From Eledone cirrhosa (Eukaryota): DNA of 64,000 nucleotides. The notes beneath the pieces were generated by a model that saw only the letters and a program-made list of their open reading frames with translations, was not told the origin of the DNA and searched no databases. The DNA is taken from NCBI GenBank assembly GCA_964016885.1, contig OZ024753.1, positions 37,696,001 to 37,760,000 of the forward strand. Reading direction: 5' to 3'. Positions 37,901-51,203 of the stretch are shown here, piece by piece (within the stretch, counting starts at the first letter, position 1; each line of letters starts with the position of its first letter). The translations under genes were made by a program, and so were the position numbers.

Positions 37901-39900
37901 TGTTTATGGGAGAGCGATCGGACACGACAGGGAGTGTGTGTGAGCGAGAGAGAGATGTAAATACGTGTTTGAAATTGAAATAGAGAAATAGTATAGGTTC
38001 CTGTTTTTAAGAATTGTACTAAAAACATAAGCTATCTGCAGCTTAACTATTGCATTAAAACACACATTAACTCTTAATATGCTGTACTACATAGAACTAC
38101 ATGAGCAAGACATTGTTGAAAACGGTAGAATGACTATATCACATTTAGTTTACTAAAAATGTTTATAATCTGTCCCCTAGTAATGATACTATAAATATTT
38201 GAATTAAACCTGTCTTTAGATGTGTTCTGCTAAAATATTACATGGTATTAAGAGTTAAATGCAGCTGAACTAGACAAAAATAACCACTTCTAACTAGAGT
38301 AGACTAATCTAAAAACATTTATTATCGTGACAGAGAAACTACAATATTCAATTTACAATACATGATTAAAAAAAAAATTATTAATACAATACAACTATTT
38401 AATGTATATAAAAATTAGTTTGGGTTTAAAATGTAATTAAAACTTTCATACAAATATAGACGATTGTAAAACGACACTTTATACAAATATTAAAAAAATG
38501 TTAATGCTATTTACAATATATTAGAGTTTTTAAAAAAAGAATATAAATGTTAGTAGAATAATCGAACAAAAATATTAAATTCGACAAAATTTAAACTCAT
38601 GGAAAGATGTGAGAAAAAAAGATCATGAAATTATTCACGATTAAAATGTTATTTACAATATTTGTTGTATAAAAAAATGTTAAAGTGTTAGGGTTAAAAT
38701 AAAACTAAGTAATGCTCAAATGTAGACATTAAGATATGCTATTTACAATGTGTTTTATGAAAAAAATATTAGTGTTATGTTAAAAAAAAAACGAAGTAAT
38801 TTTTAAATGTAGACATCATTAATATGTTATTTACAATATTTGTTTAATGGAAAAAAATATTAAAGTGTTAGGGTTAAAAGAAACAGGTAAATAAAATGTT
38901 CAAATGTAAACATCCTTAAAGTCGAAATATATTAATGATTAGAAAGTTGTTATACAGAGAATTAATAGAGTTTACATTTGAATCTTTAGTATGCTGTTTT
39001 CGATTTTTTTCGCTGTTATTTATTCGGGATAGCTGGATAGTTTCTGTAACTGTGAAATACCTTATTTTCATGGTGCAGCTTTACATTAGGAATTGTTTTT
39101 TTTAAATAAGTAGCTTATAAAATATAAATAATTCTTATCACAGTCTAAAATTGTTACATTAGTGAAAGACATGTAAAACTTTACAGTTCTATAATCCACA
39201 ATGAAATTGTTATTTCTTAATATAAAACTTGTAAACGCACGTGTGGTATTGTATATACGTTACTAGAACTGTGTATAATATGAAAACAAGAAATTTTTCA
39301 TATTTATCATATTTGCAGATGATGCGAAATTATATTTCAACATCCACAAATAAAGTAAATTTCTAAAATACGAAATCCGAAACCGGATCGAAAAACTATT
39401 TAAATCGTCTCAAATTGTTTCAAAGTTTATAGTTATATGTAGATGTAAATATTATCGTTTCGGTGAATAGAAGTATTTCTAATAACATCAATAATCACTG
39501 AGAGTTAGATTCTATGTTTTATGTAGGTAAAACTATTACATTTGTAAACATTGTGAATTGTATAGATAGTTACTGTCCGTTACACAGTTTAATGGCTGTT
39601 GTTGTTAATGTTTATATATAGATATTATTTTTGTGTGAAATATATTATATTTCTGTTATCAGTGTGTAAAATTCTGTTTGTTTTATACTACTGTTCAATA
39701 GAAATTATTGATTCACCTCGTGTGTAATAGAATTGTTATTTGATTGTGTTTATCTTAGTGATGTTTATATCGTAATTTTATCAATGTCTAACGATTTATG
39801 TTTGTGTACCTCAGTAATTTGTTCAATTTTACCACTCTTGCTAAAGGGTCCATCCTATATATATTATGTGTTACTCTCTCCTACGTGTTTATATTCCATT

Positions 39901-40806
39901 TTAACCTGATCTGTTAGAAGATACTGTCGGGTTTTCTGGGGGAGATATATTTTCATGCCGAACACAGGATGGGCCGCTATTTGGACTCTTCTTCGCTTTA
40001 GCTTCCGCTACCATTAATTTTAAATTGTCCGTTAATACTGGAAAGAGTCTCTTAAAATCAATATGAGCATAAGCTATCTTTGCAAGAAAGTTGTTCGCTA
40101 ACTCATCTAACACTTTTTCAGACATGTTTTGATCGACGTAGTAATACCATGCCTTGCCCTCACTCGATAATGGTACACACCATTTTGCCCATTTGATTAT
40201 TATATAGAGACATATGCAGCATATCGTATTTGATTTGTACATTAGACAACAGTTAGTTAAACACAGATAAGATGTCATTAATTGATACGATAAACATGTT
40301 ATTTGTTTGTTAGCTTTAATGCTCTGGCATATTTTTACATTATGGAACTGTGGTAAGATGAAAGCGGTATTAAATCCTAAACACATCAATATAATTTCTT
40401 CATAATGAAGTATAGTAGACGACATTTTCTGTAAATACTCTGGGCTGAGCTCTTTATTGTTCATACTATTCAAATCGCTTATAGCTATTGAGACTAAGTC
40501 CTTAAAAACACATGGTCTTTCATGAGATTTAGCAGATAAAAACAAACAAGCAGATCCCATCAGTTTGTAATTGTATGTTTTGAACGATTTCAAAACGTAA
40601 ACACGATGCATATATACAATGGCTATATTTATAATATAATCCTCTAAATACAAACTCTTACCAACTTTATACATGTGGACTGCTGTTTTCTGTCGGAAAA
40701 ACCTTTCTTTGTCGTATGGAAAATCGTCAATTCTTCTCTGGCATATATCGATCAATTCTTCTTCCTTGTAAATCCATCGTTCTCGTACATTATAAACGTT
40801 ATCCAT
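39901..40806 (-). CDS. CCNT: Intronless cyclin T-like protein A (301 aa from ATG), intact, unit 2
   Basis: Uninterrupted ORF MDNVYNVRERWIY...; DKE.F.RQ, INIAIVYMHR, LFLSAK, YEEIILMCLGF, KWAKW.VPLSSEGK.W..YVD, LDEL...FL match cyclin T. Confidence 0.92.
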   Translation of the reverse strand: MDNVYNVRERWIYKEEELIDICQRRIDDFPYDKERFFRQKTAVHMYKVGKSLYLEDYIINIAIVYMHRVYVLKSFKTYNYKLMGSACLFLSAKSHERPCVFKDLVSIAISDLNSMNNKELSPEYLQKMSSTILHYEEIILMCLGFNTAFILPQFHNVKICQSIKANKQITCLSYQLMTSYLCLTNCCLMYKSNTICCICLYIIIKWAKWCVPLSSEGKAWYYYVDQNMSEKVLDELANNFLAKIAYAHIDFKRLFPVLTDNLKLMVAEAKAKKSPNSGPSCVRHENISPPENPTVSSNRSG

Positions 40807-42668
40807 GTTAACAGTAAAATATAAATATCGTGTGTGTATAAGTAGCACTGTATGAATTTGTCCGTTTAATAATATGTACGTAAATAAACGTTTTATGAGG
40901 GTTTAGAACTACGTGGTGTTTGTGAAGAAGGTAGCAACACAACTGTAGCTATAGTGAAAATACTACCTGGCTGCTGATTGGTCAACCGTAAAATGAATGG
41001 AGTCACATGGTTTTAGGCGGGACCGGAAATTGTAAAGGGGTTTGGGGTCGTATGAAGCAGAGGTCAACTTCCGGTGATTGATCAACCACGGACACACTTA
41101 TTTTTTTCTCTTATGAGACATCCCCTGGTGTGTCTAAACACACACATATATACACATTATATATATATATATAGCCCGATAGAGGTTTGTGTGGTTCGGC
41201 TGCATCAAATTTCAATAATACTTCAATTGTTAGCCGCTTTGTTCTTAGTTATCAAAATTAATTTCGAATTATACTTATAAGGAATCAAATAATTTATTTC
41301 CCCTATAGTAAGCTATACAACAGGCATGCCAAACTGACGGTCCCTCCGCGGGCCACATAGATCACTTATGTGTTGTCTGATGGCTACACACGACATCTAG
41401 TTGCGCTCATTACAACTAATTTTACCAAGATAAAACATGCTCGCACTATAAAAACCTTTGTGCGGGCCACAGTTGTGCTTGTAAAAGGCCGCATGTTTGA
41501 CATGCCTGCTATACAACATATATAAACAGTTTCACTGGGAGATTGAGTGCTGCTGATTATATTGTATCTGAAAAAATGGGGATTGAGAAAACAAATATAT
41601 TTTTTACACAAAAATAAATGTAGGTTTGAATTATCTATTTTTATTAAATAATATATAATAGATATTGTTATTGTTTATAACATTATCAAATCTTTCCCAC
41701 ATCGAATAAGCAACTAAACGATAGTAAAATAATGATGTGTAATGTACTGGATTTGATGATCTCTCAGTAGGCTATCAGTTTTTAAATAGTGTAATAACTA
41801 CGATACGATAGAGATATATATACAAAACAATTAAGGTATATATTTCTTTATTAGGAACAAACATTTTCTGGAAGCATAGCATTGCAGCTCATAGTTGCTC
41901 CTACACAATACAGACGATATATTAAAATACTGTATATAACGTATAATTTAACAAAGGCTACAGATGAATTTACTGACTTATTTTATAAGTCAGTACGGTT
42001 TATATAATTTAGAAATCGATGTTTATCGTACAACATTTAACCGCTCGTTTCTATCTGTTGTATTGTTGGTGTGAAGGGGGGGGGTGAAGAAAAAGAAAGA
42101 GAAAGAAAGAGGCAAAGAAAGAAAACTACAAAAAAAAAGAAAAAGAGAAACAAAGGAAGGAAGGAAAAAGAGAAACAAAGAAGGAAGAAAAAGAAAACGG
42201 GAGAAGGAAAGAAAGAAAGGGGGAGAGAAAGAGAGAAAACAAGAAAGAAAAGTTTCAAGTGAAAATAAACTTTAGTATTCAGTAGAAGCAGTCGTAACAC
42301 TTATCTCGCGATAAATAAATAGTTGCATAGAGTTGCCTCCCTTCGTTTAGAGTGATCTTTCTTACATCTAACCTCTTTCTTATATTATAGTTAATAAGAT
42401 GTATAAATGTATGTAACTTTTCTTTCTGATACTAGTATACAACTGGTTTTATGGCTATCTTCCCCGTCTTCCCCACCACATGCGGGTGGATGTAAGTAGA
42501 GCATGAGAAGGGTGGAAGAAGGGAGGGGAGTATGGAATGTGAGTAGAGAAGGGAGAGGTGGTGGCAGTGGTGGTGGTGGTGGTAGTGGCAGTAGTGGTGG
42601 TGATAGTAGTAGTAGTGGTAGTAGTAGTTGTGGTGATGGTGTTGGTAGTAGTAGTGGTGGTGGTGGTT

Positions 42669-42715
<47 letters not shown>

Positions 42716-43063
42716 GGTGATGGTGGTATTAGTAGTAGTGGTGGCGGTGGTGGTAGTAATAGTGGTGGTAGTGGAGTATGAGATGAAGGAGGGGGAAGGC
42801 TGAAGGGGACGAATGTTCTATTTTGCTATTTGTATAGTTGATTAATTCGACATGCTAGAAATAGAAGTTAAATCTCCGTCGAATAATAATTACCCTATCG
42901 TCTTTAAATAAAGACGGTCACATTAGCTACTGAAATCGTAGATACACTGTGATTGAAACGAAGGCAGGTTGGTCATAGCTGGAACGTCTTGCCTCACAAC
43001 CTGAATCTTAAGCTCCAAGTCGATTATGAGTGAGCAAACCTATTCCAGCCATGACTATCCAAT

Positions 43064-43101
<38 letters not shown>

Positions 43102-43299
43102 ACGAAGGAATTGTGGTAAGGAACCAGATGGACCATAACACACCAAAGTACTCAATACTTAGGGTAGTAGAGTGGGTAATCACCGTCCAGAAATAGCCAT
43201 CGAAACGGCTTGAGCTCTGCCGTCGGGGTCATACTTGTTCCTATATATATATATATATAGAAGTGGCTACACAACAGTTAGTTCACCATACCGAGAACA

Positions 43300-43710
43300 A
43301 TAGTTTCACCTTAGCGGATCCTCAGCTCGTAATAGGCACTTCTTTACCCAACGGTCACCCTCCATGCGTATACCAACGCAGTCTTCTCTCCCGCACACTA
43401 CAGCTTATCCCTCTTATACACAGTTTCTCTCTCAACTCGTCTATGCTTGGTCGTTCACGCACATAAATATAAATATAGATACATACACCACTATTATTAT
43501 ATTATTATTTTAAGGAGTCCAAAAGCCAAAAGGAAAGGAAAACAAAAACAAACACAATTGATGTTCTTTTATATATAGAGAGAGAGATCTACCAACTCAT
43601 AATATTATAAAATTAAATCAAATTATTTAGTACTACAAGTGAAGTCATTCTTTTCCTTTTTTTCATATATACGAAACGGCTTGAGCTCAGCCGTCGGGGT
43701 CCTACTCGTT

Positions 43711-43772
<62 letters not shown>

Positions 43773-43782
43773 AACGAGTAGG

Positions 43783-43830
<48 letters not shown>

Positions 43831-44242
43831 AACGAGTAGGACCCCGACGGCTGAGCTCAAGCCGTTTGGTATATATGAAAAAAAGGAAAAGAATGACTTC
43901 ACTTGTAGTACTAAATAATTTGATTTAATTTTATAATATTATGAGTTGGTAGATCTCTCTCTCTATATATAAAAGAACATCAATTGTGTTTGTTTTTGTT
44001 TTCCTTTCCTTTTGGCTTTTGGACTCCTTAAAAGTAATAATATAATAATAGTGGTGTGTGTATCTATATTTATATTTATGTGCGTGAACGACCAAGCATA
44101 GACGAGTTGAGAGAGAAACTGTGTATAAGAGGGATAAGCTGTAGTGTGCGGGAGAGAAGACTGCGTTGGTATACGCATGGAGGGTGACCGTTGGGTAAAG
44201 AAGTGCCTATTACGAGCTGAGGATCCGCTAAGGTGAAACTAT
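43300..44242. repeat. Unit 2 copy of the long palindrome, with an expanded and rearranged centre
   Basis: Arms 43300-43712 and 43829-44242; centre (TA)n-agaacgagtaggaccc-(TA)n. Confidence 0.93.
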
Positions 44243-44910
44243 ATATATATATATATATAGCAAGAATTACATTAGTCTATGTCTTAGTTTTTTTTTCTTT
44301 GAATAATGTTTCATTCACAATTAAAATACTTTAATTTAAATGAGATTAATTGTTGACTGTAGTCTGTACATTTCTAGTCACATACTCAGGCCCGCACATG
44401 TATGCCTATTTGTGTATGACAGAGGTTCTCAAAGTAGGCGCTACCACCCCCGGAGGTGTTGAGAAGGTCCTAGGTTGTACTGAGGACTAAGATGATGGTG
44501 GGGGTGGTAGAAATGATATAATAGTATATTAAATATCAAATGATATATATTATATATAAATATAGTAAAATTTAAAAAAATATATATGTATTTATTTATA
44601 CATAGTATATATTATATTATTTATTATATATTATTTATAATATGCATGTCGGTAGGTCTCTCTGTAAATAGGAGTGGGGGCGTTGAGGGTATTACATGGC
44701 CGTGAGGAGGAGAGCAAAAGTTTGAGAACATCTGGTGTATGATATGCTGCGGTAGAAGACATATAGTTAGTATAAATATTTAGTTTTCACAACAAAAAAT
44801 CCATCGAAAAAGTTTCTTAGAATAAATATTGCTATTTGAAAATTTATATAAAAACTGATTTTAATATTTTTTACGATGCTGTGCTTACATTTTTTTTTAG
44901 GGAGTCTCTG

Positions 44911-44943
<33 letters not shown>

Positions 44944-45200
44944 ATGTATTTACATATCTATTATGTTTCTACTGACCACTACATTAAACCCTTTTAATAA
45001 GTAGTTATTGGCCTGTACAGCGAATCTCCCTACTGGTGGTGGGGCTAGAGAAAGGGAAAGAGTGAGGGAGGGGAAGGAAAGAAGAAAGGGGGCGCTAACA
45101 GGCAGAGGGGAGCGGTAATGTTTTCATCAGGTTTTCATTTGGGCCCTCGCCTGCTGACCACTGCACAAGCTCCACATCTTTCTCGAAATTAGCTTTAAAC

Positions 45201-46100
45201 ATGGATAAAAAGTTGAAAAAAAACATTTTATTAAAGAAGAAGAAAAATAATATTTTACGTAAAAAGAAAAATGCAGCTAAGCGAAAGATAGAATGGATTT
45301 TTACAGAACAACAAATGGTTGACATTTTCAACAGAAGACCATTAAGTCCTCAATTTACATACGAAACTGAAATGTATTATCGGCAGAAAACGGGTATATT
45401 TATGTCATACGTTAGTCGGCGATTGCTACTCACAGAATATCTATTAAACATTGCTGTGGTTTATATGCATCGATTTTATGTGTATAATTCATTTCAAGAG
45501 TTTAGTTATAAACTCATGGGACCTGTCTGCTTGTATTTAGCTGCTAAAAATGACAACAAATGTATACGTATTGAACAAATGATTGTTGAAAGTCAAACAT
45601 ATTTTGATCAATCTCAAGATTCACATCGAAATGGAACGGTCTTTAATCAGATAATCAATGACTTTTTGCGTTACGAAGAAGCTCTCTTAGTCTGTTTAAA
45701 TTTCGATTTTAACATTTTTCTACCTCATGTTCATGTTATCAGTGCATGTCAATTAATTAAAATTGATGACCAATTGATAAAGATTGCTCATCAATTGGCT
45801 ACATGTTGTTTAGTTTTGACGAATTTTTGTATCAAATATAAAGCACAAACTATCGCATGTGTGTGCATCAATTTGTTTATTAAATGGGGAAAGTGGGAGA
45901 TTCCTTTGTCTACCGAAGGAAAACGATGGCATCGTTATATAGACACTTCTATGAATGATCAATTATTAGAAGAATTGGTGATGGAATTTCTTGAAATACT
46001 ACACAAGACAAACAGAGATTTTAAGGACCAATTTCCCGTTTTAACAAAGCACCAAACTGATAATACAGAGGAAGCTGCTACACCCGACGAAAATACCTGA
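45201..46100 (+). CDS. CCNT: Intronless cyclin T-like protein B (299 aa), unit 2
   Basis: Differs from 17563-18462 by D17N and two synonymous changes that I could see. Confidence 0.92.
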   Translation: MDKKLKKNILLKKKKNNILRKKKNAAKRKIEWIFTEQQMVDIFNRRPLSPQFTYETEMYYRQKTGIFMSYVSRRLLLTEYLLNIAVVYMHRFYVYNSFQEFSYKLMGPVCLYLAAKNDNKCIRIEQMIVESQTYFDQSQDSHRNGTVFNQIINDFLRYEEALLVCLNFDFNIFLPHVHVISACQLIKIDDQLIKIAHQLATCCLVLTNFCIKYKAQTIACVCINLFIKWGKWEIPLSTEGKRWHRYIDTSMNDQLLEELVMEFLEILHKTNRDFKDQFPVLTKHQTDNTEEAATPDENT

Positions 46101-49100
46101 ACATTGTTTTTACAACGATTTCAGTTAGGAAACAACAAACATTGCAAAACTATCTACATTCCATTCACTTTTATTTTACAGAACCATTAGATATAATTGT
46201 AATTTGTTAGTTCTGTACTTCAATCTTAATAATGTGATATATTTTTCCTTTTTATTCTAATTCTGCATATTATTTCTATCTCAGTACTGACATTTGATTG
46301 ATTTTTAATCATTTTAACTATTCTACGTTCGTTTACATTTAGTTTTTTAATAAATTTTGTATTAAAAAATAAATGATTTTTAATTTGAATGTGATTTTGT
46401 CGTTATTTATTTTATATATTTTTTATTTATTAATAAATATTCCCGATTATACGACTGTTCATATTTTACAATTCGGTTATAGTTTTTACTTTTATTTTGT
46501 TATTCAAATATACACATACCTATATAATAATATATATTAATTGCATTAAGACTAAATAGTGAGTTTTGTTAGCCTGGAGTTTCGCTTGTTTGTCACAGGG
46601 TCATCAGACAAGAACATTTGGATAAACAGGCGAAACTCCAGCGTAACAAGACTCACTATTTAGCCTTAATAAAATTAATATTAATATTACCTACTCCGAT
46701 ATTTAATAGGCTTTTCTCTCAGCCGTAAACCACATAGGGATGATATATATATAGTTATTCAGATCAACGCATCCCTAAACATATATGATAGGATATACGG
46801 TTTAATATTATATATAGTGCTTTTGTATATTTATTTCATTTACTTTCTCGGCTAGTATACATTTTCTTGATTTTAAAGCTTACGACATGTGGACCTTAAC
46901 TTGTATATGAATTCAATATTGAAATTAAAAATTTATTCTTGGTAGTTATATGACGCACGTGTAGAGTAGCCGTTAAGGGTTTAATAATTTTATTCACAGT
47001 TGTAAAAATAGCATTACAAATATGTTTTAAATATATACATAACATAACAAATGCGTAAATAACATTATAAATTATTCACAATTCGTTCAGTAGAGTAACT
47101 AAAATATATTTGTCTTTATTATCGGGTATTCATAATAATAACGTATACTAGGTATGTATTATTTCGCTGGTTTCATACAACACTTTGCTTGAATCTATTA
47201 ACTATTTTGATACCAAACTGCAAGAGATCGTTCCTCGTTCTATGAAACAAAACTGTTTATATTTGTTTAAAAACCATCAAAATTTTATGTAAGAACTTTT
47301 CTTCGTGTCTGTTCCAAGCACCATTTTAATAATCAGACTGTTAGTTATATTATTAAATTCCTCCGCCAATTCTAGTTTATTTTTAAAATCATAGGCAGTG
47401 TTTCTTTATGAAAAATATGTTAAGGAAAAGGTTAAAGTAAATTGTAGTACAATTTTTAACATCAACTGTCCTTTATTTTGAACAGATGTCGTTCACTGTA
47501 GTTTTGGGTTTATCCTTGTGAATGGTATTGGGTAAGCAGAACCTCTGCAGGAGTTAATTCTATGTACGATGTCGGATTCATGTTTGAGGTTACACCGGTC
47601 TAATGGTGGTGTCTTTGTGTTGTGTCCTTTTTATCTCCTAAACTGTATATATATACACACTATGTTTATGTGTGCAATAATGGTTTCGGATTTAGGCACA
47701 ATTCCAACAATCGACCCAGTGCATTACTGGTACTTTATTTTATCAACCCCGTAAGGATGAAAGGAAAAGTTAACGTCGGCTGGATTCGAACTCAGAACGT
47801 ATGGAGACGTAACTATATACCGCAAAATATATTGTCTAACGCTCTACCGCCATGTCAAGCTACTGTCCTTGTGTGTGCAATAATAGTATCTTATGATAGC
47901 AGTTGGGTGGAAGGGTAACAACTCTGAAGTAATACTGTACTCTACTGTAAGGGACACAACCAACAAGGAATTCTATAAGTATAATTATTGTTTCTATTTT
48001 TGGCACAAGGCCAGCAATTATCCCAGTGCATTCTATCACATTAAGCTAACCACAAATATTGAACAAGGAGGTATGTGGCGTTTCAGTTATAATATAGTTT
48101 TATACTCTATGTAAAAGGGTTATGTTTCTTTTATTATTAATAAAATAACTGAGTGATGTTATTAGAATTAAGAAAATTTGCTGATGTGGGTGAATTACTA
48201 AAGTGTGTTAATCTGTTTAGTAAGTTGTCTTCCTGTTGGTATATGTTAACCCTTCGGCATTTACATTACTCTATATATACAATTGTATTTTTATGGTAAA
48301 GGCTTTATCTCACATAATATCGAATCTATGAGATTTTGATATTATTTATTTTGCAAACAATACGTTAACATCAGTATGAGTGGCCAGTTATGACCGGTTT
48401 GAACAGAAAGGAGGTGAGAGAATTTGGGCCGGTTTAAATGCTAGAGTTAAACTGTCTCTAACATATACAGATACAGAGCCAGATTTATACTTGGTAAGGA
48501 CTTAAGCAATATAAAGCTGGAGGTCCCTTGTTTTAAAAACAAATTACACCAGATCTTGTAATCAATACCTATGTATTTTTAATATTTTCACGTTTTAAAT
48601 CAGGTAAAGTAGCCATAGTTATTTTAAAAAGGGGGACAGGTCCCAAAAGAAATGTCTATCATAATAGGCATTTGTGTTAGGTCACACACATTTCATTCAG
48701 GCTTTAAAAAATGTCCAACAAAACAGTGAATGCCAATATGGTGCCCCTACAACTCCATCAGGAGTTACGAGGGAAAACTATATATATATATACATAATCC
48801 TCATCATCATCTCCGTTTATATATGAGGGAAGAGACACCCTAGCAAGGTTGATAAAATAAGTACTTAGATTGTCTCCACTATATCACTTCCTTGCAAAGG
48901 AAGTGGTACAATGGAATAGCTTAATCTTTAGTACACTTGAGCACCCCCTTCTTAAGAATGGAAGACAATTAAAGAGATTAATAGCAGACATTGACTGACT
49001 GTGTGCCCTTTTTGTATCGGTCTCTATCGGGACCTCCTGTGTCTTTCAAAAGGATGACAGGGAGAGCTAACTTAGGAGGGATTTGAAATCTGAATGTAAA

Positions 49101-51107
49101 GAGATGGAATAAATACAACAAAGTCTTTTGTTTGACACTAACAAGTCTGCCCATCCATTACCTTAAAGAATAAGAAGGGTTTCTAATTTAGGTACAAGTC
49201 CAACAATACTTTGGAGAGGAATGGGAAAGTCGATTAAGTCAACACCAGTGTGTTACTGGTACTTTATTTTTTATCAACCCCGATATAGAGTGTTGGACAA
49301 AATGCTTTGTTATTTGTTGCGACTCTTCACATTCTCAGTTCAGATCTTGCCGAGGTCAACTTTGCCATTTATCCTTCCATGGTTGATAAAATATAAAGTA
49401 CCAGTCAACTTTCACCTCACTCCAAATTGCTGACATTGTACCTAAATTAGAAACAAATATTATACAGTGAAATTCCGTTATAATGAAAAATTCTTTATAA
49501 CGAGATCTGAAACAAATTGAGTGTTTGTTTGTTTGTTACCTCAGGGATTGAAAAGTTCGTTATAACTGAATTTTACCTGTATTGCCATTATTATCAACAT
49601 TAGAAGGACATCCAGCTGAAAATAATATTTGTTCCAACAACACAAACATGAACATTTGTAAAAAATGAAATGTGCTGAGGAGAAATAAAAGAGAAAAGCA
49701 GAGATTTAAAAAAAAAAAAAAAAAGAATGTATGCATTGTATATTTTTTAAAAAACATTTTGAAGGTCTTTCGCTATAAATTTTAGGGCAGTGACTGACGT
49801 CACATACCTAGCTTCGGCAAAAACAATTCATAGTGAAAGGCCTTCAAAATGTTTTTAAATAAACATACAGTATATTATTAAATATACAACACGTACATTC
49901 ATATATATATATCACTATTTCAGAGCTCCAATACAAAAAAAATTGAAATGAAACAGAAAAATATAAAGTTTCAATGTTGTTTGTTTTAATATCGTTTTTA
50001 ACATATTGCCCATTATATATATATATATATGTATGTATGTATATATATATATATATAAGTATTTTATTACAGATTATTGAAATGGTTAAATTAGAACAAA
50101 CATATCTTTCTAATAATAGCAGATTTGTCAAAACAATTGTTAGATAAGCCCCAGACAGATACCGGGGTGCTGAAAATTTCCTGGTTTGAAGGGCATTGCG
50201 AACGAAAGGGTGGGAATATGTTGAATAAAATCATAATTAACTAATCCTCCTGTATTTTCTTTTACCCAAAGCCAGGAACTGTTCAGCAACCCCAATATCT
50301 CAAAGCTGGCTGAGGAGATTTATCTTGAAAAAAAAAATAATTTCTTTTTTCCTTTATTCCTTACACACGCACAAAAAAATAAAACAAATAAGAAATAAAT
50401 ATTTCAATTAATTCTTTTTTTAGAAACAAAAAAAAAAACATTTTTTCTTTTGTTCAAGTCATTTCAGTTTTCCTAATTTAAAAAAAAAAACTATGTATTT
50501 ATATGTTTTAAAAAAAATGTAATGAAAGCAAATCAAAACCTTCTTCCCCCAAAATTATGTGGTCAATTTCTTCCACGTATTTTTATTTTATTAATTTTTT
50601 TGTCAATAATAACAAGTCTGAGCCATCATTATCCTTCCATAGTGCAGCAGTGAATACCAAAGTATCTTTTTGTTTATTTAATTCAAGAGATATTCAGAAT
50701 ATTTAGAGGCCAGAGGAGAGAGGGTCGTTTTGTTTCTTATATCTATATATTTTATAAATATGTTGTTTTGAAATCAAAGAATTATAGAATCATTCTCTCA
50801 AGATGGTCCCTGAACCTAATTTAGTAAAAAATACATATATGAACGTTTTAAACTGTACTAACATGTCAACAAACACAAACATACATGCTAACAAGCTGTA
50901 CTAATATGTTAACAAACTGAACTAACATGTTAATAACCATATGTACTAACATGTTAATAAACACATGTACTAGTATGTTAACATATTATTACATGTTAAT
51001 ATACTAATATGTAAACAAGACATACTAACATGTTAGGGAAATGTACTAACATAACAAAATCACTAGAACCAATAAGTAAAATAACAGATCCTACAACAAC
51101 GACACTT

Positions 51108-51140
<33 letters not shown>

Positions 51141-51172
51141 TATATATAATTTATTATTTACGACACTTTTTC

Positions 51173-51203
<31 letters not shown>

